Origin: Myxococcota bacterium
GTDB lineage: Bacteria > Myxococcota_A > UBA796 > SXON01
Direction: 5' to 3'
Length of the DNA stretch: 64,000 bases
NCBI GenBank assembly: GCA_049322475.1
Contig: JBMOQZ010000309.1
Coordinates: 1,320-65,319, forward strand
Positions within the stretch are counted from its first letter, which is position 1, and each line of letters starts with the position of its first letter. Below are positions 61,725-64,000 of this stretch, in pieces. A model generated the notes under the pieces. The model did no database searches and was not told where the DNA came from. It saw nothing but the letters and a program-made list of their open reading frames with translations. Position numbers and translations under genes: made by a program.

Positions 61725-62891
61725 TCACCGGGCGTCGCCTTCGGCCCGTGCGAGGAGGCCGCGCGCTTCGAGGAACGAGCGCACCAGCTCGTCCGGGAGC
61801 CGGGAACTGTCGTACCGGCTGGGCTCGCGTAGCGTCACGTTGCCCACGGCCGAAGATCCCTCCACGAACATGCGGAAGGTGACCGAGTGGATCGCAGCAC
61901 CGGCGAGGCCGTGGACGAGGTGGCCGTCGAGGTAGGGCCAGATCTCGTCGGCCTCCAGCGCCATCTTGCCCGCCGGCTCGGAGTGGCGGAGCACGAGGCC
62001 CACCACGCGCACCTCGCGCAGTCCCGGCGTGGGGATCTCGACGTCCCGGCCGAGGCGGGACAGCGGCGCCAGGGACACGACCTCCTCGTTGCCGAACCAC
62101 TCCTCGTCACCCATCAGGAGCTCGCCGAACGCCCTGCGATAGGCGCGAACGGTCGGAGCGTCGCTCGCCCGGATGCGCAGCCGGCCCGCGCCCGCTTCGT
62201 AGACGACGACGTCCCGCCGCTGCGGGCGGTACCGAACCGCGCGGTCGGCGAAGTAGACGGGGCCATCGCCCTCCGACACGAGCGACGGCCGCTCGTCGAG
62301 CGCCTCGTCCGCGCGCACGAGCGCGCCGTGGGCCACCGTGAACACGAGGCGGTCCTCGTCCGAGCCCACCGTGATGCGGCAGTGGGCGCTCCGCGCACGG
62401 GCGTCGAACTGGCGGCCGAGGTCGGCCTCCAGCGCGCGCAGGCGGGCGTCTCCGAACCTGGCGCCGGGCCCCGCGCGTCGCCCGGCGAACTCGGTCGTGC
62501 CGCGCAGGGTGTCGATGACGTGCCGCCCGTGAGCGGCGTCGAAGATCTCGCGGTGGTCGAGGAAGGCCCGCGCCGCGACCTCGAGCGAGTCGAGGCCGAG
62601 GGAGCGGAAGTCGGCGCCCGCGCGACGGGCCGCCTCGATCAGAGTCGCCGCGCCGCGGTCGCTCGCGAGGTCCTCGATGCGCTCCAGATCGTCGGCCAGG
62701 CCGAGCGGCAGCAGGCTCGCCCGCGCGCGGAGCCAGGCGTGCACGACGCCGTCGTCCTCGTCGGCCACGCGGTCGAGGCGAAGGCCGAGCGCGGCGCAGT
62801 CGCGGGCGTGGCGTGCGAGCAGGCGCTGGAGCGCGTGCGATGGGAAGAGGCGGATCGCGCGGGGCGCATCTCCGTAAGCGGCGAGCTGCAT
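61725..62891 (-). CDS. Hypothetical protein (388 aa), first gene of the FtsZ-like operon
   Basis: Coherent ORF. Ends 14 nt before the next start. No motif recognised. Confidence 0.55.
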   Translation of the reverse strand: MQLAAYGDAPRAIRLFPSHALQRLLARHARDCAALGLRLDRVADEDDGVVHAWLRARASLLPLGLADDLERIEDLASDRGAATLIEAARRAGADFRSLGLDSLEVAARAFLDHREIFDAAHGRHVIDTLRGTTEFAGRRAGPGARFGDARLRALEADLGRQFDARARSAHCRITVGSDEDRLVFTVAHGALVRADEALDERPSLVSEGDGPVYFADRAVRYRPQRRDVVVYEAGAGRLRIRASDAPTVRAYRRAFGELLMGDEEWFGNEEVVSLAPLSRLGRDVEIPTPGLREVRVVGLVLRHSEPAGKMALEADEIWPYLDGHLVHGLAGAAIHSVTFRMFVEGSSAVGNVTLREPSRYDSSRLPDELVRSFLEARGLLARAEGDAR

Positions 62892-63173
62892 TGTTCGTCC
62901 CTGAGTGCCTCAGGCGTACCTGAACGCCTGTTTCAGTTCAAGGCCACTGACCGAGGGCCGGCCAGAATCTGTCCGGGGCGCCCGGGTCAGCAGTCGCTCC
63001 GCGGTTATCGAGGTTGGCGGCTCGGGTTGAGCGGACGGAGCCCGTCCGGGTTCGCGGATTCGCGGCCTTTCTCCGTCTGAAGATTTTTCACCGGGAGTTC
63101 CCGGTTCCGGCCGCCGGCGCCGACTCACGCTCGGCTAACGGTCGGGCGACGGTGCCCGGCCTATCGGGGGGGC

Positions 63174-64000
63174 GTGCCGAACGACGGTTCCCCAGCCGCC
63201 CGACGTGACCTGCGAGCCCTCGGGGCCCCGCTCACGCGCGAGCCGATCGTCGGGCAGAGCCCGGCCCTCAGGCGCGTGCTCGCCGCTGCCGACCGGATCG
63301 CCCCGACGACGATGAGCGTGCTCGTCACCGGTGAGACGGGCACCGGCAAGGAGGGCCTCGCGCGCCGCCTCCACGACGCCAGCGGGCGCACCGGGCCGTT
63401 CGTCGTCGTGAACTGCGCTAGCCTGCCGCCGGACCTCGTGGAGTCCGAGCTCTTCGGTCACGAGCGTGGCGCCTTCACCGGCGCGGTCGGAACTCGCAGC
63501 GGTCTCGTCCTCGAGGCGAGCGGCGGGACGCTGTTCCTCGATGAGGTCGGCGAGCTGCCGATGGACGTGCAGGCGAAGCTGCTGCGGCTGCTCCAGGAGA
63601 GAGAGGTTCTTCCGCTGGGCGGGCAGCGCGCCGTGAAGGTCGACGTGCGCGTCGTGGCCGCGACCTGGCGCGACCTGCGCGCCCGTGTGGCCGAGGGCGC
63701 CTTCCGCGAGGACCTGCTCTACCGGCTCGCCACCTTCGAGCTCGCGCTCCCGGCGCTCCGCGAGCGCGGGGACGACGTCCTGCTCCTCGCAAGGCACACC
63801 GTCGACGGCTTCGTGCGACAGCCGGGGATCGGGCGGAGGACGCTCGCGCGGACGGCGGGGGCGGCGCTGCGCGCGCACGAGTGGCGTGGGAACGTGCGCG
63901 AGCTCCAGGCGGTGCTCGCGCGGGCGGCGGTGCTCGGCGACGGGCGGACGATCACCGGGGCGGACATCCGCTCGGCCTTGCCGCAGCCGAAGGCCGGGGC
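63174..64000 (+). CDS. Sigma-54-dependent transcriptional activator (bEBP), AAA+ domain; no receiver or sensor domain upstream; 3' end outside the window
   Basis: Not in the ORF track because it is open at the window end. My translation gives [12 protein letters not shown] (Walker A), [15 protein letters not shown] (GAFTGA), [10 protein letters not shown] (Walker B) and [11 protein letters not shown] at 63174 is the first start after the in-frame stop at 63078. Confidence 0.8.
   Translation, partial: MPNDGSPAARRDLRALGAPLTREPIVGQSPALRRVLAAADRIAPTTMSVLVTGETGTGKEGLARRLHDASGRTGPFVVVNCASLPPDLVESELFGHERGAFTGAVGTRSGLVLEASGGTLFLDEVGELPMDVQAKLLRLLQEREVLPLGGQRAVKVDVRVVAATWRDLRARVAEGAFREDLLYRLATFELALPALRERGDDVLLLARHTVDGFVRQPGIGRRTLARTAGAALRAHEWRGNVRELQAVLARAAVLGDGRTITGADIRSALPQPKAG

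Larger units (their letters stand above)
26254..62891. mobile_element. Putative integrated mobile element(s) / prophage-like region; boundaries and number of elements undetermined
   Basis: Contains a large serine recombinase, Bro-N protein, XRE/wHTH regulators, two DNA methylases, a possible lysis pair and a block of ORFans. A shared GCGGTTGG motif occurs at 26354, 47648-47721 and 56232-56426. No att sites were identified. Confidence 0.35.

Noticed and set aside
62886-62901. Sigma-54 promoter-like string on the minus strand (AGGGACG-AACA-ATGCA versus TGGCACG-N4-TTGCW).
   Set aside because: Its -12 element is the ATG start codon of gene 61725..62891 itself, so transcription would begin inside the gene. 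It is most likely a chance match.
1-64000. CRISPR arrays, tRNA/rRNA genes, IS elements with terminal inverted repeats.
   Set aside because: I scanned for regularly spaced repeats, tRNA-like T-arm/acceptor strings and transposase motifs. I saw none by eye. A tRNAscan/Infernal/ISfinder run would be needed to exclude them formally.

Overview
This is a 64-kb, very GC-rich bacterial chromosomal segment (about 70% G+C by eye, not computed). The GC level, a MopE-type Cys-rich repeat lipoprotein, an FGE-sulfatase (FGS) domain protein and a sigma-54 enhancer-binding protein fit Myxococcota, but that is inference only. Because of the GC content, most long ORFs in the six-frame track are antisense or out-of-frame shadows. 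I called about 60 genes from motif content, start-codon and RBS context, ATGA/GTGA translational coupling and sequence plausibility. No database search was run. Part A (1-26.3 kb) is a dense defence island. It holds a giant DUF3883-like protein, an FGS-domain protein, a GmrSD-type DUF262/DUF1524 nuclease and a GTPase/unknown/PUA-like operon. It also holds a complete type I R-M system (hsdM-hsdS-hsdR) followed by a frameshifted HEPN-like gene. Next come a 2.75-kb insert bracketed by 78-bp direct repeats, an ATGA-coupled two-gene module and a KAP-NTPase operon in A/T-richer DNA. Part B (about 26.3-62.9 kb) looks like one or more integrated mobile elements. It carries a large serine recombinase, a GHKL ATPase / HNH nuclease / C5-methyltransferase cluster, a possible lysis pair and a 1,712-aa N6-methylase-SNF2 helicase fusion. 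It also carries a 6.5-kb block of beta-rich, charge-block and membrane proteins that is virion-like but has no recognisable terminase, portal or tail. Other content includes a protein with 4-5 tandem HTH repeats, XRE and wHTH regulators, and a Bro-N protein. An iterated GCGGTTGG motif occurs 8 times in 195 bp, 4 times at a second promoter region and once at a third. A gene family of unknown function has three copies in two modules. An operon ends in an FtsZ homologue that has only the GTP-binding half. The window ends inside a sigma-54 activator gene. I recognised no rRNA, tRNA or CRISPR array. The best candidates for something undescribed are the truncated-FtsZ operon (59.3-62.9 kb), the GHKL/HNH/methylase cluster at the window centre, the virion-like block without packaging genes, the iteron plus multi-HTH pairing, and the GTPase and KAP operons.
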